Positions 1 through 9,027 of a stretch of DNA of 25,605 bases are shown one piece after another; position 1 is the first letter of the stretch; every line of letters begins with the position of its first letter. The position numbers and the translations under genes were made by a program. The DNA comes from Polyangiales bacterium (GTDB taxonomy: Bacteria > Myxococcota_A > Polyangia > Polyangiales > Polyangiaceae), in contig JBBRNJ010000107.1 of NCBI GenBank assembly GCA_038230375.1, positions 1 to 25,605 of the forward strand, written 5' to 3'. The notes beneath the pieces are model-generated. The model was not told where the DNA came from and ran no database searches. It worked only from the letters and a program-made list of their open reading frames with translations.

Positions 1-306
1 CGTGACGCTCGGGTGGAAGCGCATGCCGCCCTTGAAGGGTCCGAGCAGGTTGTTGTGCTGCACGCGGTAGCCCTTGAAGAGACGTACTTCCCCGTTGTCC
101 ATCTTCACCGGGAAGTTGATGATGATCTCGTTCTTCGGCTGCGTGAGGATCGTGCGGACGAACGGCTCGAGGTTGATCGCCTTGGCGGCGCGCTCGAGGT
201 AGTCCTGCACGACCTTGAAGAAGTCGTAATCCTTTGCCGTCGGGATCCGTCCCGACGGGGTGGGGACCGGGATAGAGGCGCTGCTCTCGGAGGGCTTCGT
301 CGACAT
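1..306 (-). CDS. gdhA: Glu/Leu/Phe/Val dehydrogenase (glutamate dehydrogenase-like), 5' portion; runs off the window start
   Basis: Manual minus-strand translation from ATG at 306: MSTKPSESS...EIIINFPVKMDNGEVRLFKGYRVQHNNLLGPFKGGMRFHPSVT. GYRVQHN..LGP.KGG.RFHP is the GLFV dehydrogenase N-terminal signature. Absent from the ORF track because there is no stop in the window. Confidence 0.9.
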   Translation of the reverse strand, partial: MSTKPSESSASIPVPTPSGRIPTAKDYDFFKVVQDYLERAAKAINLEPFVRTILTQPKNEIIINFPVKMDNGEVRLFKGYRVQHNNLLGPFKGGMRFHPSVT

Positions 307-436
307 GCGCGCGAGTTCTAGTCGACTGCGAGGCGAAGGTGAATACCTCTGAGCGTGAATGCACTGCGTCAGATGCGAGTCTCACGACGAGTCGAGAAAA
401 CAAGGGCAAACGACGTGACGCAGGGGGGAGGTTCGT

Positions 437-2527
437 TCAGTGCGTACCAACACGCGCGGGGCCGCCGGCGCGAACGGAGCGCGCGAGCTCGATCGTGAGC
501 GCGTGCGCCAGCTCCGTTGGGTTGTCGATGATCGCGGGCTGTGGCAGCGCGGCGCGCGGTGTGGCGCCTGGTACGTAACGGCGATCGCCGCGGAAGGAGG
601 TGAACATGGTGTGCGTGGCAGGATCGAGGTTCACGATGGCGGACATGGTTCCGCCCGCGCTCGCCGTCATTGGCGCCGACGCCGTTGGCAGCGTCACGAA
701 CCGCAGCGGATGGGTCGCGCCGGCGACCTCGACCACCGACGCGCGACTCGCGGACGCAAGGAGCTCGCCGGACTGGTTCGGGATCAGCTCGTCGGAGTAG
801 GCCTGCAGAAGAAGCAATGCTCTTGTCTTGTTGGGCGGCTTGCCAGCAGCCACGCGAGGGTGGGTGATGTACGGCGCGAACGACGCGGGATCGCCCGGCC
901 CAATGGCTGCCTGCAGCAGCGAGAGCGAACGCTGTGCGCCGGCCGGGAGCACGTCCGTATGCGCGACGTCGAGCGTGGGGTCGAACCCGTTCTTCAGGAA
1001 CAGGCTCACGAAGCCGGAGAAATACGGCGACTCGGCGAACATGGGGAGGAAGATTCCAGCGCCCGGAACGGAGAGCACCGCGGCGTCCAGGTCCGGTGCG
1101 ACGGCCGCGACCTGCGCACCGAGGATGGAGCCGAAGGACTCGCCAGTGTAGATCACGTGTGTGCGGTCGAGCGTGAACCCCGCGAGCGCGGGATCGGACG
1201 CGGCGACCGCGCTCACGTCTCCTCTCTTGACCAGGCGAACCAGCGCGGCGACATCGAGCACCGCCTGGTTGAAGTTGCTTCTCACATAGCGCGCGTCGAG
1301 CGGTGCGATGCCCGCACCCAGGTCTCCGTTGAAGTCGAAGAAGGAGATGGCTGCACCGAATTCGTCGTTGTCGGCAAGTCCGTCGGGGCCGTCCTTCCCG
1401 GTGTAGTTGTGCACCAGGTCCACCGCGCCGGGCCTTCGTCCGCCATGCCACAGCGCATCGATGCCGATCGTCGCGAAGCCCGCGCGGGCGTAGTCGTTTG
1501 CGACCGCGCCGACCTGCGAGCGACCGGCGTTGAGTCCGTGCTGGAAGATCATGATCGGCGTGCTCGCCAGGCTGCCGCTCAGCTTCGGCAGCGTCAGCAT
1601 GAACGGCACCTGCGTCACGCCATGCAGGAGGGGCGTGCCCTTCGCATCCACCTCGACGAGACCCAGCTTGCCCTCGCCGCGAGAGAGGTAGCTCGGCGCA
1701 TCGAACGTGCCCAGGACGACCCACCCGATCGCCTCGTGCACGATGCCATCGGGGTCTCCAAGGCCCGGCCGGGTCGTCGTGGGCTTGCCGAAGAGCTCCT
1801 CGAGCGCGGCGCCGTGGAGCACCGACGTCACCGTGACGTGCGGCAGCGTAGACGCCTCGAGCGCATCGGTCATCGCATAGAGCCGGTCCGTGGGATGGCC
1901 GACCGTGAAGACCGTCGCGGCGCCGATCGCCATGCCCGCGTCTGCAACATTCACGTACGCGACGAGCGGCGCATAGAGCCCTCCCTGCGGACCGTCACCG
2001 CGAAGAGCAGCAGCCAGCTGCGGCGACGGGCGTACCTGCTTGTCGTCCACGTAGCATCCATAGAGGTGCCCCTCGGTGAGGACACCCGCCGACGGCGCGA
2101 GCGCCACGATCTCGTGCGTGCTCTCGCGATGGAACAACGACAGCTCGACCCGCGTGGCCACGGCACCCGGCGTGAGATCCACCAGGTGCGCAGCGCCGTC
2201 CATCGGCCCATCAGGAAGCGCGCCGCCGTTCGTGGGGAAGAAGATGGAAGAGAGCACGGGCGCGCCGTCGAGCTCATCGAGCGCCGCTGCGAGTCCGCTC
2301 ACGCTGTCCGCTCTGCCCTCCAGCCCGAGCTCGGTCACGCGCAGGTGTCCGTCCACGAGGAACACATCCGACGGCCACGGAGTGTCTGCGGTCATTCCGC
2401 CGAGCGACGCAAGAGGGCGCGCGTCGGTGCCCGCGCTCGGGCACGCGGCGGTCGAAAGGGACAGCGCGATCACCGCCGCAGCGGCGCCTCGGCCCACGAT
2501 CCAGTCAGTCAAACGTGCTTGTCCCAT
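437..2527 (-). CDS. Lipoprotein alpha/beta-hydrolase, extracellular lipase/phospholipase-like (Pla-1/cef, VolA-like)
   Basis: Lipobox-like LSTAA-C; IFQHGLN oxyanion-type motif; GFATIGID; nucleophile elbow G-E-S-F-G; late Asp (SDELIPN) and His (ATHTMF); purine-rich RBS GAGGGGAAG before ATG. Confidence 0.75.
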   Translation of the reverse strand: MGQARLTDWIVGRGAAAAVIALSLSTAACPSAGTDARPLASLGGMTADTPWPSDVFLVDGHLRVTELGLEGRADSVSGLAAALDELDGAPVLSSIFFPTNGGALPDGPMDGAAHLVDLTPGAVATRVELSLFHRESTHEIVALAPSAGVLTEGHLYGCYVDDKQVRPSPQLAAALRGDGPQGGLYAPLVAYVNVADAGMAIGAATVFTVGHPTDRLYAMTDALEASTLPHVTVTSVLHGAALEELFGKPTTTRPGLGDPDGIVHEAIGWVVLGTFDAPSYLSRGEGKLGLVEVDAKGTPLLHGVTQVPFMLTLPKLSGSLASTPIMIFQHGLNAGRSQVGAVANDYARAGFATIGIDALWHGGRRPGAVDLVHNYTGKDGPDGLADNDEFGAAISFFDFNGDLGAGIAPLDARYVRSNFNQAVLDVAALVRLVKRGDVSAVAASDPALAGFTLDRTHVIYTGESFGSILGAQVAAVAPDLDAAVLSVPGAGIFLPMFAESPYFSGFVSLFLKNGFDPTLDVAHTDVLPAGAQRSLSLLQAAIGPGDPASFAPYITHPRVAAGKPPNKTRALLLLQAYSDELIPNQSGELLASASRASVVEVAGATHPLRFVTLPTASAPMTASAGGTMSAIVNLDPATHTMFTSFRGDRRYVPGATPRAALPQPAIIDNPTELAHALTIELARSVRAGGPARVGTH

Positions 2528-2538
2528 GTTGCTTCCCC

Positions 2539-3171
2539 TCAGCTCGCGACGTTTCGGTTGCGCTTCTTCCGGACACCCGCGCTAGGCGCGAGACCCGGCA
2601 GGAATGATCTGGCGACGGCGTGTAGCTGTGCTCGCAGCGCGCTGGTCGCGATCTGATCGTAGACGGCCCAGCGAAGCACCTGCATGTGCAGCGCGCCAAC
2701 AAGGCTCCACGCCACGGAGCTGGTGTCCACCGCTGCGACGTCTCCGCTCTTCGAGAGCGACGCGAGCCGCGACGACAGGAACGCCGCGAGCCCGCCGAAG
2801 AGATCGCCGAGCGACGCAGCCACATCCGGCGACGCAGCAGCCTCCGTCAACAAGACACCAACGAGCTTGCGCTTCGGGGCGAGCACATGGAACAGCACGT
2901 CGGCGCCGCGCGCGAAGCCGTCCTCCAGACCTTCCGCGCGCCCGAGCTCCGCGCGGGCCGCCACCTCCAGCTCGGTGAGCAGCCGAACCACGAGCGCACG
3001 CAGCACGGCCTCCTTCGAGGCGAAGCGCGCATAGAACGCGGTGGTGGACACGCCGGAGCGCGCGATGAGCTGCCGCAGCGCGGTCTCCCCGTAGCCGTGC
3101 TCCGCGAACTCCTGGCCACAGACCTCGAGGATGGCGTCGGCGCTGGGACGGGGTCGCTTCTTCTTTGCCAC
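2539..3171 (-). CDS. TetR/AcrR family transcriptional regulator
   Basis: N-terminal HTH: ILEVCGQEFAEHGYGETALRQLIARSGVSTTAFYARFASKEAVL. Start moved from 3216 to GTG 3171 on the basis of the promoter position. Stop lies 11 nt before the hydrolase start (operon). Confidence 0.9.
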   Translation of the reverse strand: MAKKKRPRPSADAILEVCGQEFAEHGYGETALRQLIARSGVSTTAFYARFASKEAVLRALVVRLLTELEVAARAELGRAEGLEDGFARGADVLFHVLAPKRKLVGVLLTEAAASPDVAASLGDLFGGLAAFLSSRLASLSKSGDVAAVDTSSVAWSLVGALHMQVLRWAVYDQIATSALRAQLHAVARSFLPGLAPSAGVRKKRNRNVAS

Positions 3172-3177
3172 GGCCGC

Positions 3178-3206
3178 ACAGTGACAACCGAAAGACCGAC
3201 GCGCAA
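3178..3206 (-). promoter_or_regulatory. Putative sigma70-type promoter of the tetR-hydrolase operon
   Basis: Minus strand TTGCGC (3206-3201), 17-nt spacer, CACTGT (3183-3178) with upstream TG, 6 nt before GTG 3171. Confidence 0.5.
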
Positions 3207-3210
3207 GAGA

Positions 3211-3226
3211 AAACAAACGTTTGTTT
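3211..3226. promoter_or_regulatory. Perfect 16-bp palindrome AAACAAACGTTTGTTT, probable TetR operator
   Basis: AT-rich perfect inverted repeat in a GC-rich context, 4 nt upstream of the predicted -35 of tetR. Confidence 0.65.
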
Positions 3227-3321
3227 CTTTTTGTGTGGGCGTCGATCCGCCGCTGCGTGCCGCTTCGCCGTGGTGGGATTCGCGTCTGCCAGTACTGACC
3301 GCGGCGACGGCGAGCGGTGCG

Positions 3322-4173
3322 CTACTGCTCGAAGCAGTAAACGGGCTGCATCTTGCCGCAGTCCAGCGGGCCGGAATTGGTCCAGCCTGGAGTCGCGGTT
3401 CCGACGGCGCCGCTCACCGCGGTGCCCGAGCTCATCGTGAATGACATGCAGTTGGTCGCGCTGGTGCCGGCAGCGACCGCCATCCCATCGACGTTGGTGT
3501 TCGTCCAGATGAACGCGGCAGTGGTGGGGGTGCCGTCCTCGGTCAACGAGATGGCGCTGAGGAGCTGCTGCGTGGTGAGCCCTGTCCAGTCGTTCGCAAT
3601 GATCTGCCCGCCGTAGCCTACGTAAGGTGCCTTCGACCTCTTGAAGGTCGTGGCAGGCTGGTGGTTCGAGTCCACGCTGAGCCACGCCAGATAGGTGCCA
3701 CCGGAGAAAAATGTGGCGCTGGACAGGTCCTGACAGAGCTTGTCGACGGTCGCCGCTCCTGCGGCGCTGGCGAGGTCGCCCTTTACCTGGGTACTCGACA
3801 CGAACACGCGCTTGTAGCAGTCGCCCTGCGCGCACATTCCCGACGGACACCGGTGACCCACGGTGCCGCAGTTTTTGGGGTCGTCCTGGAGACTGAGACC
3901 GGCGTCGCCGGAGTCGGCCATGGACGCCGACCCGTCCATCGGCGAAGACATCGCGTCCGCACCGGATCCGGCATCGCCACCCGTCCCGCCTCCGTCGGTG
4001 TGCACACACACCATGTCCACGCATTGAAGGCCCGAGTTGCACGTGCCGTTCGTGAAACACGCCCCGCGCTCCGTGCCTGCGGCCGCGCCGGCACCAGACA
4101 CTCCGGAATCACCCACGCATGCCGTCACCACCGCCACCGTGGCAACAACCGCACCGAAAAGGAAGCGCTTCAT
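3322..4173 (-). CDS. Cys-rich lipoprotein with C-terminal DUF1554/endostatin-like domain
   Basis: Lipobox VTA-C; DAG-rich linker; DPKNCG.C-type Cys module; RVFVSS...DKLCQ...YLAWLS...IWT...VYCFEQ pattern. Confidence 0.7.
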   Translation of the reverse strand: MKRFLFGAVVATVAVVTACVGDSGVSGAGAAAGTERGACFTNGTCNSGLQCVDMVCVHTDGGGTGGDAGSGADAMSSPMDGSASMADSGDAGLSLQDDPKNCGTVGHRCPSGMCAQGDCYKRVFVSSTQVKGDLASAAGAATVDKLCQDLSSATFFSGGTYLAWLSVDSNHQPATTFKRSKAPYVGYGGQIIANDWTGLTTQQLLSAISLTEDGTPTTAAFIWTNTNVDGMAVAAGTSATNCMSFTMSSGTAVSGAVGTATPGWTNSGPLDCGKMQPVYCFEQ

Positions 4174-4339
4174 GATGCGATCATAGCCCAGGGGCGATTA
4201 CCCGTCGCAGCTTGAAAATGCGCTGCGTTCCCGTGCGCCGGCACGATCGCCGGGATCGGCCGTTGAATGGGGGATCTGCAATCGAGACCTCGCCGAACCG
4301 GCGCGCACGGGCGGGATGGGCTATAGGTCCGGCGGAAGC

Positions 4340-5554
4340 ATGCGTATTCCCGATTCCCTCGCCCCACTCTTCGACCACGGCATCCTCGACGAGGTGGTCC
4401 GGCCGCTGATGAGCGGCAAGGAAGCCCAGGTCTACATCGTGGTGTCGGGCGGCCAGCAGCGCGTCGCGAAGGTCTACAAGGAGGCGCAGAACCGCACGTT
4501 CAAGCAGCGCGCCGAGTACACCGAGGGGCGCAAGGTCCGCAATTCGCGCGACCAGCGCGCCATCCACAAGCGCACGAAGCATGGCCGCGCCCAGGACGAG
4601 GCCGCGTGGCGCTCGACAGAGGTCGACATGATCAGCCGCCTCAGCGCGGCGGGCGTGCGCGTGCCGGTGCCGCAGCACTTCATCGATGGCGTGCTGATCA
4701 TGGAGCTCGTGGTCGACGCCGAGGGCAACCCCGCGCCGCGCCTCGCCGACCTCGAGTTCGACGCGGAGTCCGCGGAGGCGATGTACGGGAAGCTGATGCG
4801 CGAGGTGGTGAAGATGCTGTGCGCGGGCGTCGTCCACGGCGATCTCTCGGACTTCAACGTCCTCGTCGGCGCCGACGGGCCGGTGATCATCGACTTTCCC
4901 CAGTCGGTGGATGCAGCGCACAACACCAACGCGCGGAAGATCCTGCTGCGCGACGTCGACAACCTTCACCGCTTCCTCGCGCGCTTCGTGCCGAACGCGC
5001 GGCGCTATCCCTACGCCGAGGAGATGTGGGACCTGTTCCAGTCGAACTCGCTCGCGCCCGACACGAAGCTCACGGGTCGCTACCGCGCGTCCGAGCGCCG
5101 CGCGAACACCCACGCGGTCCTCGAGCTGATCCAGGACGCGAACTACGACGAGCGCAAGCGCCGCGACACACTTGGCCTACGCGGCGGTCCCGCCGCCGAC
5201 CGAGCACCGAACAACAGCCAGCCCTCACGACGCGGGCCGCAGCCGAACCAGCAGCAACCCCGCAATAATCAGCCGCGCAACGCGCCGCAGCCAAACCATC
5301 AGCAGCCCAGCGCCGAAGCGCGCAGCGCACCGCAGCAGAACCAGCAGCAGCGCAGCAGTCAACCGCGCAACGCGCCCCAGCAGAACCAGCAGCAGCCCCG
5401 CAACAATCAGCCGCGCAACGCGCCGCAGCCGAACCAGCAGCAGCGAAGAAGCGGACCGTCACGTGGCGCTCCGCAGCAGGCTCGTCCGGAGCCTCGCACC
5501 GAAGGACGCCGCCCCGAGGTGATCATCGCGCGTCGCAACCCCACGCCGCGCTGA
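4340..5554 (+). CDS. RIO1-family atypical protein kinase (PA4780-like) with Q/N/P-rich repeat tail
   Basis: LMSGKEAQVY, VAKVYK, VHGDLSDFNVL and IIDFPQSVD are RIO kinase motifs. Start MRIPDSL at 4340 preferred over 4316. Confidence 0.9.
   Translation: MRIPDSLAPLFDHGILDEVVRPLMSGKEAQVYIVVSGGQQRVAKVYKEAQNRTFKQRAEYTEGRKVRNSRDQRAIHKRTKHGRAQDEAAWRSTEVDMISRLSAAGVRVPVPQHFIDGVLIMELVVDAEGNPAPRLADLEFDAESAEAMYGKLMREVVKMLCAGVVHGDLSDFNVLVGADGPVIIDFPQSVDAAHNTNARKILLRDVDNLHRFLARFVPNARRYPYAEEMWDLFQSNSLAPDTKLTGRYRASERRANTHAVLELIQDANYDERKRRDTLGLRGGPAADRAPNNSQPSRRGPQPNQQQPRNNQPRNAPQPNHQQPSAEARSAPQQNQQQRSSQPRNAPQQNQQQPRNNQPRNAPQPNQQQRRSGPSRGAPQQARPEPRTEGRRPEVIIARRNPTPR
5237..5479 (+). repeat. Five imperfect 45-48 bp coding tandem repeats (PQ[P/Q]NQQQ...PRNA)
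   Basis: Units PQPNQQQPRNNQPRNA, PQPNHQQPSAEARSA, PQQNQQQRSSQPRNA, PQQNQQQPRNNQPRNA, PQPNQQQRRSGPSRGA. Confidence 0.85.
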
Positions 5555-5568
5555 AGATGGAGTTCAAC

Positions 5569-6279
5569 ATGGATCGCTTTCAGCTGGGATGCGTCGTTGC
5601 CGTGGTCGTTCTCGGGACGGCGTGCAAGGTGACAAAGAGGGAGGGCGGAGATACCTCGTGGCGCGGCGACCTTGACGCGGCGACCTCCGCGGCGAGTGCC
5701 ACGCCGCCCGGGGAGTTCCCGAAGACGAGCTCCTCCGCGGCGCCGACCGCCGCAGAGTGGGAGACCGCGCTGCCCGTCGAGATCCCTGGCTCCGACGCCC
5801 CTTGCACCGCCGTGCGCGTGCGCGAGTGGCTCCGTGTCTCGTGTGCGCAGAAGGATCGTCCGATCGACGGCGTGCAGGTCGTGCGCACCCACGGATGGCC
5901 CGAGTCGGTCACCACGGTGGACACGCCGCAGCTCGCGTCTGTCGTGCTGCCAGTGCGCGGTGGCGCGGACTTCGTTGTCGAGTTCCTGCTGCCCGATGGC
6001 GAGCGCGACCTCACGGTGTTCTGGTCGCTTCCAGGGAGACAGCCATCGCTGGCGCTCAAGAAGCCGATGGACCCGCACGACAAGCTCCGCTGCAGGGCGC
6101 CGACGAAATCAGGGCCATGCTGCTATCGCTCGTTCAGCGCCACGAGCTTCCATCCAGAACTCCAGTGCGACCGCTCCCGCTACGAGGAGCTCTGCACGTC
6201 CGACGCAGACTGCGACTCGCGGACGAACCGCACGTGTCGTGCGCAGAGCGGCGGACTCAAATCCTGCATCTCGAAGTGA
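5569..6279 (+). CDS. Hypothetical lipoprotein with Cys-rich C-terminus
   Basis: GGAG 6 nt before ATG 5569 (alternative start 5557); lipobox LGTA-C; CTAVRVREWLRVSC segment; C-terminal Cys cluster (CTSDADC). Confidence 0.7.
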   Translation: MDRFQLGCVVAVVVLGTACKVTKREGGDTSWRGDLDAATSAASATPPGEFPKTSSSAAPTAAEWETALPVEIPGSDAPCTAVRVREWLRVSCAQKDRPIDGVQVVRTHGWPESVTTVDTPQLASVVLPVRGGADFVVEFLLPDGERDLTVFWSLPGRQPSLALKKPMDPHDKLRCRAPTKSGPCCYRSFSATSFHPELQCDRSRYEELCTSDADCDSRTNRTCRAQSGGLKSCISK

Positions 6280-6301
6280 CGCAGCATGGCCGCGTCGTTC
6301 T

Positions 6302-7180
6302 CTACGTGCGGAACAGCGTGTACAGGTAGACGACCGTGCCGGTCATGAGCAGCGCGTCCACGCGATCAAGGATGCCGCCGTGGCCCGGGACAATGGCTCC
6401 GGAGTCCTTCACGCCGGTGGAGCGCTTCAGCAGCGACTCGCCAAGATCGCCGAGCTGACCCAGCGCGCCCGCCACGAGCGCGAGGCCAATGCCCGTCGCG
6501 AGCGGCAGCGAAGGCAGGTACCAGAAATGCGCCATCACCGCGCCCAGCGCGCTCCCCGCGAGGCCCCCTATCGAGCCCTCGACTGTCTTCTTCGGCGAGA
6601 CTGCCGGGTAGAGCTTGTGCTTGCCAAGGAAGCGGCCAGCGAAGTAGCCGCCGGTGTCGCCGAACCACGCGAGCATGATGCTGAGGATCACGAAGCCGGG
6701 ACCGTCGCTCGCGACGCCGGTCTGCACGCCGACGTCGCGGTTCATCACCGCGAGCAGCGTGAGCGGCAGGCCCACGAACATGGGGCCCATGCTCATCGCG
6801 CACGCCCGCAGCGCCGCGGTCTTCATGTCGCCGAGTCGCAGCAACGTGACCAGCGGGCCCAGCAGCGGCACGATGATCATCATCGCGATGTAGTGCTTGG
6901 GCTGCCCGCTGCACCAGTAGAAGACGACGGAGACCGCCGCGGTGAGCCCGACTCCGATCATGCGGCTCGGGGGATCCTCCTGATGCGTCATCCCGAAGAG
7001 CTCCCACGCGCCGATGAGCGTCGCGATGAAGATCAGGAGGAAGCCACCCCAGTGAGGCGCGCGATAGAGGATGAGGAGGATCGCAGGCGCGCCGACAGCC
7101 GCCGTGGCGATGCGCACCGCCAGGTTCGCGTTCGCGCTCTCGGGCTTCGCGGTCGGCTGGTTGGACGACGTCTCGGACAT
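6302..7180 (-). CDS. cdsA: Phosphatidate cytidylyltransferase
   Basis: Multi-TM protein with WFGDTGGYFAG, SPKKTVEG, GDLGESLLKR..GVKDSG.IVPGHGGILDRVD; directly downstream of uppS. Confidence 0.96.
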   Translation of the reverse strand: MSETSSNQPTAKPESANANLAVRIATAAVGAPAILLILYRAPHWGGFLLIFIATLIGAWELFGMTHQEDPPSRMIGVGLTAAVSVVFYWCSGQPKHYIAMMIIVPLLGPLVTLLRLGDMKTAALRACAMSMGPMFVGLPLTLLAVMNRDVGVQTGVASDGPGFVILSIMLAWFGDTGGYFAGRFLGKHKLYPAVSPKKTVEGSIGGLAGSALGAVMAHFWYLPSLPLATGIGLALVAGALGQLGDLGESLLKRSTGVKDSGAIVPGHGGILDRVDALLMTGTVVYLYTLFRT

Positions 7181-7205
7181 CTCGGGCTTCGCTCAGGCTA
7201 GGCCA

Positions 7206-8021
7206 TCAGCCGACGAGGCGCAGCGGCTTTGCGTCGGGGAGCAGCGGCGCAGGCTTGCCGACACGACCGAAGCGACGCTCGCGCGCCTGGTAGCTCGCGA
7301 CCGCCTCGTAGAGGTCCGTCGACTCGAAGTCCGGCCAGAGGACGTCGGCGAAGTAAAGCTCTGCATAGGCGAGCCCGTAGAGCAGGAAGTTCGAGATGCG
7401 ACGCTCACCGCCGGTGCGGATGATGAGATCCGGATCGCCGAACTCGAGGCTGGGCATCTGCGCGCGCAGCGACTCGTGGTTCACGTCTTCGGGGCGCATC
7501 TTGCCAGCGGCGACGTCGCGCGCGAGCTTCTGCGCGGCCTGCGCGATCTCCTCGCGGCCGCCGTAGGACAGCGCGAGCGTCAGCGTCATCTCGGCCTTCT
7601 CCTCCTCTGTCTCGCGACGGAGCGGATCCAGCACGGCGCGCACGAGGCCCGGCAAGCGACCGATGTTGCCGATCGCGTTCAGACGGATCTTGTTGTCGAG
7701 CAGCTCGTCGCGCTCGGACATGAGAAACTCGCGGAGGAGCGTCCAGAGCGCGTCGATCTCACCCTCGGGGCGCTCCCAGTTCTGCTCGCTGAACGCGTAC
7801 AGCGTCAGCGCGCGGAGGCCCAGGCGGCGGGCGGCGCGGACGATGCGGCGAACCGCCTTCGAGCCCTCGCGGTGACCGTCGACGCGGGGGGCGCCACGCT
7901 GCTGAGCCCAGCGACCGTTGCCATCCATGATGATGCCAACGTGGGAAGGAAGATTGCGCGCTTCGACGAGGACTGAGTTCTCTGGCAAGTTCATGGGGAA
8001 AAGCTTTGATTCGGGTACCAT
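7206..8021 (-). CDS. uppS: Undecaprenyl/polyprenyl diphosphate synthase (cis-prenyltransferase)
   Basis: HVGIIMDGNGRWA, LYAFSEQNWERP, LSYGGREEI, DLIIRTGGERRISNFLL, LWPDF. Start may be 7994. Confidence 0.96.
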   Translation of the reverse strand: MVPESKLFPMNLPENSVLVEARNLPSHVGIIMDGNGRWAQQRGAPRVDGHREGSKAVRRIVRAARRLGLRALTLYAFSEQNWERPEGEIDALWTLLREFLMSERDELLDNKIRLNAIGNIGRLPGLVRAVLDPLRRETEEEKAEMTLTLALSYGGREEIAQAAQKLARDVAAGKMRPEDVNHESLRAQMPSLEFGDPDLIIRTGGERRISNFLLYGLAYAELYFADVLWPDFESTDLYEAVASYQARERRFGRVGKPAPLLPDAKPLRLVG

Positions 8022-8063
8022 GGTGACGCTGAAAAAGCACCCCTGTCGCGCCTGGAACGCCCA

Positions 8064-8092
8064 AAAATGCCGGTGAACGGTCGTTTTGGCAA
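8064..8092 (-). promoter_or_regulatory. Putative sigma70-type promoter of uppS-cdsA
   Basis: Minus strand TTGCCA (8092-8087), 17-nt spacer, CATTTT (8069-8064). Confidence 0.4.
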
Positions 8093-8127
8093 GGTGGAGA
8101 GGCGCGGGGGCGGGCGGGCTGTGACGG

Positions 8128-9027
8128 TCAGAGCTCCTTCAGCGGCCGGACGAGCTCGCTCGCCTTGCGGGGGCTTGCGGCACCGGCAGCGACTGGCTGC
8201 GGAGACGTGCCAAGACGGCGGGGCAGGATGGTGGGAGCGGGCGCGACACCAGGCGGCGCCGCGGGTTGAGCGACCGGGGTAGGCGGAGCGACGGGGGCGA
8301 TGGCGGTGCCCGCGCTGGTGAGGAGGGAGCCCTGCACCGCAGCGGCGATCGGATCGGTCTGCTTGATGAGCATGTTCGTGGCGAGGCGACCCGCGACGCG
8401 CGTGCCGTAGTCGGGACCGACCTGCATGAAGCTCGTGAGCTCTGCGTGGCGAGTGATGGGCGGGACGCCGATCGCGGTGTCAGCGGGCTTGGGGTCGACG
8501 CAGAGCGCGGCGACCATTGTCTGGACGTTTGCGGAGACGGGCTCGTCGGACGCGGAGAGATCGAGCTTCACCTCGAAGCCGAGGCGGCTCGGATCGTACG
8601 CGCAGCGGCCGGCGCGCGCGCTGACGTCCGCGCGGACCCACACTTCTTCGTCCTTCTCGACGTGGACGGGACCAACGTCCACGTTCACGTGCATCATGGC
8701 CTTGAACGTGACGCGCGGGAGCTTGCGCGGGCCTTCGTTCGCCACGGACAGGTCCGTGACCTTCACGCCCTGCGGATGGAAGTGGCGGAACAGCCGCGGA
8801 AGATCCTTCAGCGTGGTGTCGATATCGGCGTCGTCGGGCAGGTCGAAGGTGCGGACCGCGAGCTTCCGCCACGAGCCAGGCGTGGGCGCTTCCTCGGAGG
8901 CGGCAACGTTCGTCTCCCCACCCACGAGCGCGAGCGCGCAGAGCGAGGCCGCCGCGACGAGCCCGAGAGCGTGCACGGAACGCGTTCGCCGCGCCGAACC
9001 GCTGGATGTTGTCCACCTACCCCTCAA
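8128..9027 (-). CDS. Hypothetical exported protein, possibly START/SRPBCC-like fold, Pro-rich tail
   Basis: TTG at 9027 overlaps the upstream TGA (TTGA); basic N-region plus hydrophobic LGLVAAASLCALALV signal; alternating beta-strand pattern followed by a long C-terminal helix. The fold is inferred. Confidence 0.65.
   Translation of the reverse strand: MRGRWTTSSGSARRTRSVHALGLVAAASLCALALVGGETNVAASEEAPTPGSWRKLAVRTFDLPDDADIDTTLKDLPRLFRHFHPQGVKVTDLSVANEGPRKLPRVTFKAMMHVNVDVGPVHVEKDEEVWVRADVSARAGRCAYDPSRLGFEVKLDLSASDEPVSANVQTMVAALCVDPKPADTAIGVPPITRHAELTSFMQVGPDYGTRVAGRLATNMLIKQTDPIAAAVQGSLLTSAGTAIAPVAPPTPVAQPAAPPGVAPAPTILPRRLGTSPQPVAAGAASPRKASELVRPLKEL

Noticed and set aside
13..321. 102-aa plus-strand ORF
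   Set aside because: Antisense shadow of the dehydrogenase gene, which carries clear family motifs on the minus strand.
440..2656. 738-aa plus-strand ORF and similar long overlapping ORFs (369-1724, 2582-4060, 5672-7201, 12275-13219, 16298-17197)
   Set aside because: Arg/His-rich alternative-frame or antisense products expected in high-GC DNA; each overlaps a motif-bearing gene.
3245..3322. Imperfect GC hairpin downstream of the DUF1554-like gene as a terminator or ncRNA
   Set aside because: No U-tract on the appropriate side, and imperfect pairing is common at this GC content.
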